Source of the DNA: Flavobacteriales bacterium
Lineage (GTDB): Bacteria > Bacteroidota > Bacteroidia > Flavobacteriales_F > PHOS-HE28
Length of the DNA stretch: 64,000 nucleotides
Assembly (NCBI GenBank): GCA_016788205.1
Contig: JAEUTA010000021.1
Span: 64,205-128,204 of the forward strand
Direction of reading: 5' to 3'
Part shown: one piece after another, positions 18,082-26,694 of the stretch
Position numbering within the stretch: position 1 is the first letter of the stretch
Layout of the letters: every line of letters begins with the position of its first letter
Position numbers and translations under genes: made by a program
The notes under the pieces: model-generated
Databases searched by the model: none
What the model was told of the DNA's origin: nothing
Seen by the model: the letters and a program-made list of their open reading frames with translations, nothing else

Positions 18082-18620
18082 TGGACACCACAACGACCAA
18101 GGAGGAGGTGATCCTGGTGAGCGAGCAGGACGAAATGCTCGGCACCATGGAGAAATACGAAGCACACCGCCGTGGCGTGTTGCATCGCGCGTTCTCCGTG
18201 TTCCTGTTCGATACGGCCGGTCGTGTCCTCTTGCAACAACGAGCAGCAACGAAATACCACTCAGCCTCCTTGTGGACGAACACCTGTTGCAGCCATCCAC
18301 GTCCGGGCGAGAAGCTCGTTCTGGCCGCTCAACGCCGCTTGCACGAAGAGATGGGCCTGTCAGCGGAACTTGAACACCGGTTCACGTTCACGTACGAAGC
18401 GAACGTCGGTAACGGCCTCATCGAACACGAATTGGACCACGTCTTCTTCGGTCGCGCAACCGCTACACCTGCACCGGACCCGGAGGAAGTGCAGCACTGG
18501 CGCTACATCGAGGTGAACGAGCTGAACGCCGAGCTCGAAGCGCATCCCGAACGCTTCACGGCGTGGCTGCACATCTGCTGGCCGTTGGTCTGCGATCAGT
18601 TGCTGAAGAAGCGGGCATGA
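18078..18620 (+). CDS. idi: Isopentenyl-diphosphate delta-isomerase, type 1 (Nudix).
   Basis: HRAFSVFLFD, WTNTCCSHP and the ELxHVF...G Nudix motif, 180 aa. Confidence 0.8.
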   Translation: MMDTTTTKEEVILVSEQDEMLGTMEKYEAHRRGVLHRAFSVFLFDTAGRVLLQQRAATKYHSASLWTNTCCSHPRPGEKLVLAAQRRLHEEMGLSAELEHRFTFTYEANVGNGLIEHELDHVFFGRATATPAPDPEEVQHWRYIEVNELNAELEAHPERFTAWLHICWPLVCDQLLKKRA

Positions 18621-19960
18621 AGAAGCCACGCATCAGCATCCACTGGTTCCGTAGGGATCTGCGGTTGCACGACAACCACGGCTTCTTCCGCGCGCTCGCC
18701 GAGCATGGCGATGTGCTGCCGCTCTTCATATTCGATACCAACATCCTGGACAAGCTCGGTACGAAGCAGGACCGACGCGTGGACTTCATCCACCGAACGT
18801 TGGAAGGGCTACAGGAAAAGCTGGTCGTCGCCGGAAGCAGCTTGCGCGTAGAGCACGGTGAGCCGCTCGCGATCTGGAAGGAATTGCTCGATGCGTATGA
18901 GATCACAGCGGTGACCACCAACCATGATCACGAGCCGTACGCGAACGAACGTGATGCGAAGATCGCCGCGCTGCTGAAGTCGAAGAGCATCCCTTTCCGC
19001 TCGTTCAAGGACATCAGCATCTTCGAGCGTGGCGAGATCTTGAAGGATGATGGCAAGCCGTACACCGTGTACACGCCCTATTCACGGAAATGGCACGCGG
19101 CCTTCACGCCCGAGATGGAGGCACCCTACCCCAGCGAAAAGCACCTCGACCGGCTGTGGAAGACGGCTCCGCTCCCATTGCCTTCGTTGAAGGCGATCGG
19201 CTTCGCGCGCACGGATCTGGAGGTGCCGCCCCTGGAGCTGAGTGACAAGCTACTGAAGCACTACCACGAGACAAGGAACCTACCGGCGGTGGAAGGCACC
19301 AGCAAGATGAGCACCCATTTACGCTTCGGGACGGTAAGCGTGCGCGAGTTGGTTCGGCGGGGGCGAAAGACCAGCGCGACCTACCTCAACGAGCTGATCT
19401 GGAGGGAGTTTTTCATGCAGATCCTCTGGCATTTCCCGCATCCGGAACGCGCCTTCAAACCGAACTACGACAACATCCCCTGGCGGGCGGATGAAGCGGG
19501 ATTCCAAGCCTGGTGCGCAGGCAGGACCGGATACCCCTTGGTGGACGCCGGCATGCGCGAGCTGAACGCTACCGGCCTGATGCACAACCGTGTACGCATG
19601 GTGGTAGCCAGTTTCCTCACGAAACACCTGCTGATCGACTGGCGTTGGGGCGAGGCCTATTTCGCCCAGCAACTGCTTGACTTTGAGCTAAGTAGCAATA
19701 ATGGAGGTTGGCAGTGGGCTTCGGGATCCGGATGTGACGCGGCACCCTACTTTCGCGTCTTCAATCCGAGGCTTCAGCAGGAGCGTTTCGACCCTCAGTT
19801 AAACTATGTCAAAAAGTGGGTGGAGGAATATGGTAGTGCGAACTATGCAACGCCAATTGTCGTTCACGAGGTAGCGAGAAAGCGGGCCATCGAGACTTAC
19901 AAGCTTGGGCTCGGCGAGAAAGGAGGAGGAACTGAACGACAAACGAAGCTCTTTGCATAG
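18617..19960 (+). CDS. phr: Deoxyribodipyrimidine photolyase/cryptochrome family protein.
   Basis: N-terminal IHWFRRDLRLHDNHG plus the FAD-binding C-terminal region (TGYPLVDAGMRELNATGLMHNRVRMVVASFLTKHLLIDWRWGEAYFAQQLLDFELSSNNGGWQWASG). The start is at the internal Met 18617 and overlaps idi by 4 nt. Confidence 0.85.
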   Translation: MKKPRISIHWFRRDLRLHDNHGFFRALAEHGDVLPLFIFDTNILDKLGTKQDRRVDFIHRTLEGLQEKLVVAGSSLRVEHGEPLAIWKELLDAYEITAVTTNHDHEPYANERDAKIAALLKSKSIPFRSFKDISIFERGEILKDDGKPYTVYTPYSRKWHAAFTPEMEAPYPSEKHLDRLWKTAPLPLPSLKAIGFARTDLEVPPLELSDKLLKHYHETRNLPAVEGTSKMSTHLRFGTVSVRELVRRGRKTSATYLNELIWREFFMQILWHFPHPERAFKPNYDNIPWRADEAGFQAWCAGRTGYPLVDAGMRELNATGLMHNRVRMVVASFLTKHLLIDWRWGEAYFAQQLLDFELSSNNGGWQWASGSGCDAAPYFRVFNPRLQQERFDPQLNYVKKWVEEYGSANYATPIVVHEVARKRAIETYKLGLGEKGGGTERQTKLFA

Positions 19961-19962
19961 CC

Positions 19963-20124
19963 ATGCCACGTAAAAAGAAAGCCATCGTCCTGAGCCAGCC
20001 GGTGAAAGAGGGACTGAAGGCCATCAAAGTCCGGCTGGACGCACGTACCATCATCACGGTAGCAAGCAATAAAGCGCTGGAGTTCTGGCGCGGTCGCTAC
20101 CCCAAATTGGAAGTGATCGGTTGA
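19963..20124 (+). CDS. Small basic protein of 53 aa, copy A of a tandem paralog pair. Function unknown.
   Basis: MPRKKKAIVLSQPVKEGLKAIKVRLDARTIITVASNKALEFWRGRYPKLEVIG. It starts 2 nt after the phr stop. At 53 aa it is below the ORF-track threshold. Confidence 0.55.
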   Translation: MPRKKKAIVLSQPVKEGLKAIKVRLDARTIITVASNKALEFWRGRYPKLEVIG

Positions 20125-20146
20125 TCCTTCCCCAACGAAGAAGAAT

Positions 20147-20308
20147 ATGCCACGCAAGAAACCCGCTATCATTCTGGAACGTCCGATCAAGGCGGGAGTG
20201 AAGGAGATCAAGGTCCGTTTGGATGCACGTACCGTCATCACCGTATCCTCCCAAAAAGCGCTCGCCTCCTGGAAGCTGCGCTACCCGAAGTTGGAAGTGA
20301 TCGGCTGA
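20147..20308 (+). CDS. Small basic protein of 53 aa, copy B of the tandem paralog pair. Function unknown.
   Basis: MPRKKPAIILERPIKAGVKEIKVRLDARTVITVSSQKALASWKLRYPKLEVIG. It is 72% identical to copy A with no indels. Many differences are synonymous (e.g. cgg ctg gac versus cgt ttg gat). Its stop lies 3 nt before the next gene's ATG. Confidence 0.55.
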   Translation: MPRKKPAIILERPIKAGVKEIKVRLDARTVITVSSQKALASWKLRYPKLEVIG

Positions 20309-20311
20309 GCC

Positions 20312-20806
20312 ATGGCCCGGCACGTGCTGGAACGGTCGCAGATACTGCCCATCACGGTTGACCAAGCCTGGGCGTTCTTCAGCAGCCCGCACAACCTGGC
20401 GCGTATCACACCGCCCGACATGGGTTTCGTGATCCACGAGCCCTTCGACGATAGACCGACACATACCGGACAGCGGATCACCTACACGGTGCGTCCGCTG
20501 TTCGGCTTTCCAATGGGTTGGGTCACCCGCATTGAAGAGGTTGATGCGCCGCATCGTTTCGTGGATACGCAGGAGAAAGGCCCCTACAAGCTGTGGCACC
20601 ACACCCACACGTTCACGGCGGTGGAGAACGGTGTGCACATGCACGATCATGTGGAGTACGAGCTTCCGTTCGGTCCGCTGGGCGAGTTGGCACATGTGCT
20701 TTTGGTGAAGCGCAAGTTGAAGGCGATCTTCGAGTTCCGCAGGACAGCGCTTGAACGGATCTTCCCGACCCGGAGCGAACTTTCGGCAACGAACGCTGTT
20801 GTTTGA
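20312..20806 (+). CDS. SRPBCC (START/Bet v1-like, polyketide cyclase-dehydrase-type) ligand-binding domain protein.
   Basis: 164 aa with an SRPBCC-like pattern (ITVDQAWAFFSSPHNLARITPP...GPYKLWHHTHTF). There is a 4-nt overlap with crtZ. Confidence 0.55.
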   Translation: MARHVLERSQILPITVDQAWAFFSSPHNLARITPPDMGFVIHEPFDDRPTHTGQRITYTVRPLFGFPMGWVTRIEEVDAPHRFVDTQEKGPYKLWHHTHTFTAVENGVHMHDHVEYELPFGPLGELAHVLLVKRKLKAIFEFRRTALERIFPTRSELSATNAVV

Positions 20807-21291
20807 CGATGAGCACGTGGACCATCATCGCGATCATCGCCGCCACCTTCGTGGTGATGGAAGGCGTGGCGTGGGCCACGCACAAGTACGTGATGCACGG
20901 CTTCCTCTGGCACCTGCACGCCGATCACCACAAGAAGGACCACTACGGTTTCCTGGAGCGCAACGACAGCTTCTTCTTGATCTTCGCCGTGCCTTCGATG
21001 GCGCTCTTCGCCGTGGGTAGTTACCAAGGGCTGCATACACCGTGGCTATGGATCGGCTTGGGCATACTGGTCTACGGCATCGCCTACTTCTTCGTACACG
21101 AGGTCTTCATCCATCAGCGCATCAAATGGCTGCGCAACACGAAGAGCCCCTACTTCCTCGGGATCCGCAAGGCGCACAAGATCCACCACAAGCACCTCGG
21201 CAAGGAAGATGGCGAGTGCTTTGGCATGTTGTGGGTGCCGTTGAAGTACTTCCGCGAAGCGCGCAAGGCCCTGACCAAGCAACCCGTTTGA
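20803..21291 (+). CDS. crtZ: Beta-carotene 3-hydroxylase (fatty-acid hydroxylase superfamily).
   Basis: 162 aa, His boxes HKYVMHGFLWHLHADHHK and HKIHHKH, four TM segments. Confidence 0.8.
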   Translation: MTMSTWTIIAIIAATFVVMEGVAWATHKYVMHGFLWHLHADHHKKDHYGFLERNDSFFLIFAVPSMALFAVGSYQGLHTPWLWIGLGILVYGIAYFFVHEVFIHQRIKWLRNTKSPYFLGIRKAHKIHHKHLGKEDGECFGMLWVPLKYFREARKALTKQPV

Positions 21292-21294
21292 CGC

Positions 21295-21310
21295 CAACAG
21301 CGGGCTGTTG
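21295..21310 (+). terminator. Short GC hairpin after crtZ; a weak terminator candidate.
   Basis: CAACAGC-gg-GCTGTTG immediately after the crtZ stop, with no T-tract. Confidence 0.25.
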
Positions 21311-21379
21311 ATCCCAATACTCGTTGGCACCGGCCCACGTGTAGCATGCGCCTACCTTTGATCGCACCGCAACGCGGCC

Positions 21380-22174
21380 ATGCGCATGAGCGATCAACTG
21401 CAACGGATCGGGAGCTACCTGGGCCACCTGGTGAAGGCGCGCAACCGGCACGGCGTACACAGTCCGTTCGTGTACGACCTGATCACGCATGTGCTGCGGC
21501 CCACGACCGACCTTCCGGAATTCGCCACCATCGAAGCCCTGCGCGAAGACCTGCTGGACAGCGAGCAGACCATCCGCGTGAACGACCTCGGTGCTGGCTC
21601 ACGCGTGTTCGACATGCCCACGCGTGCTGTGGCCGACATCGCGAAGACCGCGTTGAAGCCGACCGCACAGGCACAGCTGCTCTTCCGGCTGGCGCGCTAC
21701 TTCCATGCACAACAGGTGTTGGAGCTCGGAACTTCGTTCGGCATCACCACGCTCTACCTCGCCTTGGGTGCTGACGAAGGCACAGTGCATACGCTCGAAG
21801 GTTGTCCGCAAACGATGCGGATCGCGCAGCACCACTTCGATCAGTTGAAGCAGCGCAACATCCACGCGGTGCTCGGCAGCTTCCGCAGCAAATTACCGGA
21901 GACGTTGCAGAAGATGGGCACGGTGGATCTTGCCTTCATCGATGGCCACCACGCGAAGGAGCCGACCCTGGAGTACTTCGAACAAGTGCTTCCGAAAGCG
22001 CACAACGGCACCGTCTTCGTGTTCGATGACATTCATTGGAGCCGCGGCATGGAACAGGCGTGGGAGACGATCAAGGCACATCCGCGCGTCACCGTTACCG
22101 TGGATCTCTACAACCTCGGCCTCGTATTCCTGCGCAGCGAACAGGCGAAGGAGCACTTCACCCTGCGTTACTGA
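21380..22174 (+). CDS. Class I SAM-dependent (O-)methyltransferase family protein.
   Basis: VLELGTSFGITTLYLA (motif I) ... DLAFIDGHHAKEP ... VFVFDDIHWS. This resembles the small-molecule O-methyltransferase fold. 264 aa. Confidence 0.55.
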   Translation: MRMSDQLQRIGSYLGHLVKARNRHGVHSPFVYDLITHVLRPTTDLPEFATIEALREDLLDSEQTIRVNDLGAGSRVFDMPTRAVADIAKTALKPTAQAQLLFRLARYFHAQQVLELGTSFGITTLYLALGADEGTVHTLEGCPQTMRIAQHHFDQLKQRNIHAVLGSFRSKLPETLQKMGTVDLAFIDGHHAKEPTLEYFEQVLPKAHNGTVFVFDDIHWSRGMEQAWETIKAHPRVTVTVDLYNLGLVFLRSEQAKEHFTLRY

Positions 22175-22183
22175 ACGCGTCCC

Positions 22184-22735
22184 ATGAAGATCTACACGCG
22201 CACCGGCGACAAAGGCCAGACCAGCTTGCTAGGTGGTCAGCGTGTGCCCAAGGACAGCATCCGCATCGAGTCCTACGGAACGATCGATGAGTTGAACAGT
22301 CACATCGGGCTGTTGCGCGACCACGCGAAGGGGCAGCGGGATGAACTGCTTGTCCCCATCCAGGAGAAACTCTTCAGCCTGGGTTCGCGGCTGGCCAGCG
22401 GAAGTGAAGAACAGGCCGAGAAGTTCAAGGTGCCGCAGATCACCGATGCGGACATCAGCGCATTGGAAGCGGAGATGGACCGCATGGACAAGGAACTTCC
22501 GGAGATGCGCAACTTCATCCTGCCCGGCGGCGATCTGGCCGCTTCACAGGCCCACATCTGCCGCACCGTCTGCCGCCGCGCCGAGCGTCTGGTGGTGACC
22601 TTGTCCGCCTCGGAGGCCGTTCCCGAGATCGTAGTGCGCTACCTCAACCGCCTCAGCGACCTGCTTTTCGTGCTGGCCCGGCACATCGCCCACGTGAACG
22701 GGGTGGCCGATACCCCCTGGAAGCCGCGCCAGTAG
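22184..22735 (+). CDS. ATP:cob(I)alamin adenosyltransferase, PduO/MMAB type.
   Basis: MKIYTRTGDKGQTSLLGGQRVPKDSIRIESYGTIDELNSHIGL is the classic PduO-type N-terminus. 183 aa. Confidence 0.8.
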   Translation: MKIYTRTGDKGQTSLLGGQRVPKDSIRIESYGTIDELNSHIGLLRDHAKGQRDELLVPIQEKLFSLGSRLASGSEEQAEKFKVPQITDADISALEAEMDRMDKELPEMRNFILPGGDLAASQAHICRTVCRRAERLVVTLSASEAVPEIVVRYLNRLSDLLFVLARHIAHVNGVADTPWKPRQ

Positions 22736-22827
22736 GGCATTCCACAACGGTTGATAAGTCGGAGTGCGCCACATGCCTATCCGTCTATATTTGCGCCCTG
22801 TTTCACGGACCCTAACCCGGCCATTCG

Positions 22828-23049
22828 ATGTATTGGACACTTGAACTAGCCTCATATCTTGAGGACGCACCTTGGCCCGCGACCAAGGATGAGTTGATCG
22901 ATTTCGCCATGCGTACCGGTGCTCCGCTCGAAGTGGTGGAGAACCTGCAAGGCATCGAAGATGATGAAGAGGTCTTCGAAACCATCGAGGACATCTGGCC
23001 GGATTACCCATCGAAGGAGGACTTCTTCTTCAACGAGGACGAATACTGA
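22828..23049 (+). CDS. DUF2795-family small acidic protein.
   Basis: 73 aa: YLEDAPWPATKDELIDFAMRTGAPLEVVENLQ followed by an acidic tail. A TATATTTG (-7-like) motif sits upstream. Confidence 0.55.
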   Translation: MYWTLELASYLEDAPWPATKDELIDFAMRTGAPLEVVENLQGIEDDEEVFETIEDIWPDYPSKEDFFFNEDEY

Positions 23050-23063
23050 CCCACGACCTTTCT

Positions 23064-23110
23064 GGGAACCCCGGTCCGAGCAGCGCTCACGGCCGGGGTT
23101 CCTGCTTTTC
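23064..23110 (+). terminator. Terminator hairpin after the DUF2795 gene.
   Basis: GGGAACCCCGG-N18-CCGGGGTTCC followed by TGCTTTTC. Confidence 0.55.
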
Positions 23111-23235
23111 AGCCCGGCCTGACGTGATGACAGGCCTCCCCTTCGCGGCAAGGTCTCTGCTGAGGGCGTTCGGCTACCTTTGCCACCCCATAAAAAGGAC
23201 ATGTCGGGCAACACCCGCCGGTCCGCTCCCTTCCC

Positions 23236-26200
23236 ATGATCGGTTCCCTTACCAAGGCTCTCAAGAAAGTATTCGGCGACAAGGCACAGCGCGACCTCAA
23301 AGAGGTGATGCCGCTGGTGGAGAAGTGCAAAGAGGCCTACACCAAACTCGCCGGTCTGAGCCACGACGAACTGCGTGAGCGCACCTTGGCATTGAAGGCC
23401 CGCATCAACGAACGCACCAAGACCAACGATGACCGCGTGGAAGCCTTGCGCGCCGAGATCGATGCCGATCCGCAAATGGATATCCAGGAGCGCGAGCAGC
23501 GTTACCAAGAGATCGACAAGCTGCAGGAGGCCAGCGTGAAGGAGATCGAAGTGGTGTTGTTGGAGATCCTGCCCGAAGCCTTCGCCGTGGTGAAGGAGAC
23601 GGCACGCCGGTTCAAGGAGAACACCGAGATCCGCGTACGCGCCACGCAACTGGACCGTGATCTTGCCATCAAACGTCCCGATGCCATCCGCATCGAAGGC
23701 GACCACGCCATCTGGAAGAACACCTGGACCGCCGCCGGCAACCCCATGACCTGGGACATGCTGCACTACGATGTGCAGTTGATCGGTGGCGTGGCCCTGC
23801 ACACCGGCAAGATCGCAGAGATGGGCACCGGTGAAGGCAAAACGCTGGTGAGCACACTGCCCGTGTACCTCAACGCCCTTGCTGGACGTGGTGTACACGT
23901 GGTGACGGTGAACGACTACCTCGCCAAACGTGACGCCGAATGGATGGGGCCGTTGCACGAGTTCCACGGTATGCGCGTGGACTGCATCGACAAGCACCAG
24001 CCGAACAGTGCAGAACGCCGCAACGCGTACATGGCGGACATCACCTACGGCACCAACAACGAATTCGGTTTCGATTACCTCCGCGACAACATGGCGCACG
24101 CACCGAACGCATTGGTGCAACGGAAACACCACTTCGCCATCGTGGATGAGGTGGACAGCGTACTCGTGGACGATGCACGCACACCGCTCATCATCAGCGG
24201 TCCCACACCGAAGGGGGAGATCCACCAGTTCGATGAGTACAAGCCGCGTGTGGAGCGCCTTTACAGTGCGCAGCGCCAACTCGTGACGAAACTCCTTTCA
24301 GAAGCGAAGGAGCATTTGAAAGGCCTGAGCGAAGGCAACTCCCCGAGCAAGGAACAATTGGAGAAAGGTGGCATGGCCCTGCTCCGTGCACACCGCGCCT
24401 TGCCGAAGAACAGTGCGCTCATCAAATTCCTCAGCGAAGGCGGTGTACGAGCGCATCTCCAGAGAACGGAGAACCACTACCTGCAGGAACAGGGCAAGGA
24501 CATGCCGAAGGTGGATGCGGAGCTGTATTTCACCATCGACGAGAAACAGCACGGTATCGAACTCACCGAAAAAGGCGTTGACCTGATCAGCGGTGATGTG
24601 AACGACCCCACCTTCTTCATCATGCCCGACGTAGGCGGCAGTATCGCCGATATCGAGAAGAGCGGCGCCGGTGCGGAAGAGAAGGCCAAGCGCAAGGATG
24701 AACTGCTGCGCGACTTCGCGATCAAGAGCGAGCGCATCCACACGGTGAACCAGCTGATCCGCGCCTACGCGCTCTACGAGAACAACGTGGAGTACGTGGT
24801 GATGGACGGCAAGGTGAAGATCGTGGACGAGCAGACCGGCCGTATCCTCGAAGGTCGCAGGTACAGCGATGGATTGCACCAAGCCATCGAGAGCAAGGAG
24901 AAGGTGAAGGTTGAAGCGGCCACGCAGACCTACGCCACCGTGACCTTGCAGAACTACTTCCGCATGTACCACAAGCTTGCAGGTATGACCGGTACGGCCG
25001 AGACGGAAGCACAGGAATTGTGGGATATCTACAAGCTGGACGTGATGGTGATCCCCACCAACCGTCCAGTCGTGCGCAAGGATGCGGAGGACATGGTCTT
25101 CAAGACCAAGCGCGAGAAGTACAACGCGGTGATCGAGGAGATCGATGCGCTGCGCAATGCAGGGCGCCCCGTACTGGTGGGTACAACGAGCGTGGAGGTG
25201 AGCGAACTGATGGGCAAGATGCTCACCATGCGCAAGATCCCGCACAACGTACTGAACGCGAAACAGCACCAGCGCGAGGCCGAGATCGTGGCACAGGCCG
25301 GTCTTGCGGGCACTGTGACCATCGCCACCAACATGGCCGGTCGGGGTACGGACATCAAGCTCGGACCTGGCGTGAAAGAAGCCGGCGGCCTCGCGATCAT
25401 CGGTACGGAGAAGCACGAAAGCCGTCGTGTCGATCGCCAGTTGCGCGGTCGTGCCGGTCGCCAGGGTGATCCCGGTTCGTCGCAGTTCTACGTGTCGTTG
25501 GAAGATGACCTGATGCGTCTATTCAACAGCGAGCGCATCAGCAAACTGATGGACACCATGGGCCTGAAGGAGGGCGAGGTGATCCAGCACCGCATGGTGA
25601 CGGCCAGCATCGAGCGCGCGCAGAAGAAGGTGGAGGAGAACAACTTCGGCATCCGGAAACGCCTGCTGGAATACGATGACGTGATGAACAGCCAGCGGAC
25701 GGTGATCTACAAGCGCCGCCACCATGCGCTGTTCGGCGAGCGCCTGAAGCTGGACATCCTGAACATGTTCTACGAAGTGAGCGCCAGCGTGGTGAACGAA
25801 TACCACGAGAGCGGCGACTTCGAGGGTTTCCAACTCGAACTTTTCCGTCGCTTGAGCTGCGAGAGCCCGGTGAGCGCCGATGGCTTCAAGAGCATCAAGA
25901 CCGAAGAGCTCATCGAGCAAGTGTACGAAGCCGCTCTGGCCAGCTACGAGCGCCATGGCAAGGTGACCGCGGACCAGGCCATGCCAGTGATCACCGATGT
26001 GTTCCTGAACCAAGGCCAGCAGTACCAGAACATCGTTGTGCCCATCACCGATGGCATGAAGACCATGCAGGTGGTGACCGACCTGGCGAAGACCTACAAG
26101 AGCCAGGGCCGCGAGCTGATCGCCAGTGTGGAGAAGTACATCACCCTCGCCATCATCGACAACGAGTGGAAGGAACACCTGCGCGAAATGGACGAATTGC

Positions 26201-26622
26201 GCCGCAGTGTGCAGAACGCCAGCATCGAACAGAAGGACCCGCTGTTGATCTACAAGCTGGAGAGCTTCAACCTTTTTAAGGCGATGATCGAGCGCATGAG
26301 CGGCGAAGTGATCGGTTTCCTCGCGAAGGCAGGATTGCCCACCGCGCAACCACAGGTCCGTGAAGCACAAGCGCCGCGCCCTCCGCAACAGCGCGTGGAG
26401 ACCAGCCGCACTGAAGTGCCGCAGTTCTCCGGTGGTGGCAACACTGCGTCAACACCAAGACCTTCTGCAGGCCAGGCCGCACCGGGTCGTGGTGCCATGC
26501 CCCCTCCCGCCCCACGCCCACCAGCCATGCCGGTGCGTGTGGACAAGGCACCGGGCCGTAATGACCCCTGTCCTTGCGGTAGCGGCAAGAAGTACAAGCA
26601 GTGCCACGGGAAGGAGGCGTAA
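23236..26622 (+). CDS. secA: Preprotein translocase ATPase SecA.
   Basis: 1128 aa, DEAD-like motor motifs, and the C-terminal zinc-binding tail CPCGSGKKYKQCHG. Confidence 0.95.
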   Translation: MIGSLTKALKKVFGDKAQRDLKEVMPLVEKCKEAYTKLAGLSHDELRERTLALKARINERTKTNDDRVEALRAEIDADPQMDIQEREQRYQEIDKLQEASVKEIEVVLLEILPEAFAVVKETARRFKENTEIRVRATQLDRDLAIKRPDAIRIEGDHAIWKNTWTAAGNPMTWDMLHYDVQLIGGVALHTGKIAEMGTGEGKTLVSTLPVYLNALAGRGVHVVTVNDYLAKRDAEWMGPLHEFHGMRVDCIDKHQPNSAERRNAYMADITYGTNNEFGFDYLRDNMAHAPNALVQRKHHFAIVDEVDSVLVDDARTPLIISGPTPKGEIHQFDEYKPRVERLYSAQRQLVTKLLSEAKEHLKGLSEGNSPSKEQLEKGGMALLRAHRALPKNSALIKFLSEGGVRAHLQRTENHYLQEQGKDMPKVDAELYFTIDEKQHGIELTEKGVDLISGDVNDPTFFIMPDVGGSIADIEKSGAGAEEKAKRKDELLRDFAIKSERIHTVNQLIRAYALYENNVEYVVMDGKVKIVDEQTGRILEGRRYSDGLHQAIESKEKVKVEAATQTYATVTLQNYFRMYHKLAGMTGTAETEAQELWDIYKLDVMVIPTNRPVVRKDAEDMVFKTKREKYNAVIEEIDALRNAGRPVLVGTTSVEVSELMGKMLTMRKIPHNVLNAKQHQREAEIVAQAGLAGTVTIATNMAGRGTDIKLGPGVKEAGGLAIIGTEKHESRRVDRQLRGRAGRQGDPGSSQFYVSLEDDLMRLFNSERISKLMDTMGLKEGEVIQHRMVTASIERAQKKVEENNFGIRKRLLEYDDVMNSQRTVIYKRRHHALFGERLKLDILNMFYEVSASVVNEYHESGDFEGFQLELFRRLSCESPVSADGFKSIKTEELIEQVYEAALASYERHGKVTADQAMPVITDVFLNQGQQYQNIVVPITDGMKTMQVVTDLAKTYKSQGRELIASVEKYITLAIIDNEWKEHLREMDELRRSVQNASIEQKDPLLIYKLESFNLFKAMIERMSGEVIGFLAKAGLPTAQPQVREAQAPRPPQQRVETSRTEVPQFSGGGNTASTPRPSAGQAAPGRGAMPPPAPRPPAMPVRVDKAPGRNDPCPCGSGKKYKQCHGKEA

Positions 26623-26660
26623 GGCCTGACTCCACGATCCTACTTTCAGAAAGTTGGATA

Positions 26661-26694
26661 GAACGCATCTCTTGCGAGGTGCGTTCTTCTTTTG
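26661..26694 (+). terminator. Terminator after secA.
   Basis: GAACGCA-tctcttgcgagg-TGCGTTC followed by TTCTTTTG. Confidence 0.55.

Noticed and set aside
22175-22183. A search for a cobalamin riboswitch near the PduO-type adenosyltransferase, and for THF or TPP riboswitches near folC or other genes.
   Set aside because: The upstream spacers are too short (9 bp before the adenosyltransferase and 9 bp before folC) to hold a riboswitch. No B12-box-like sequence was seen.
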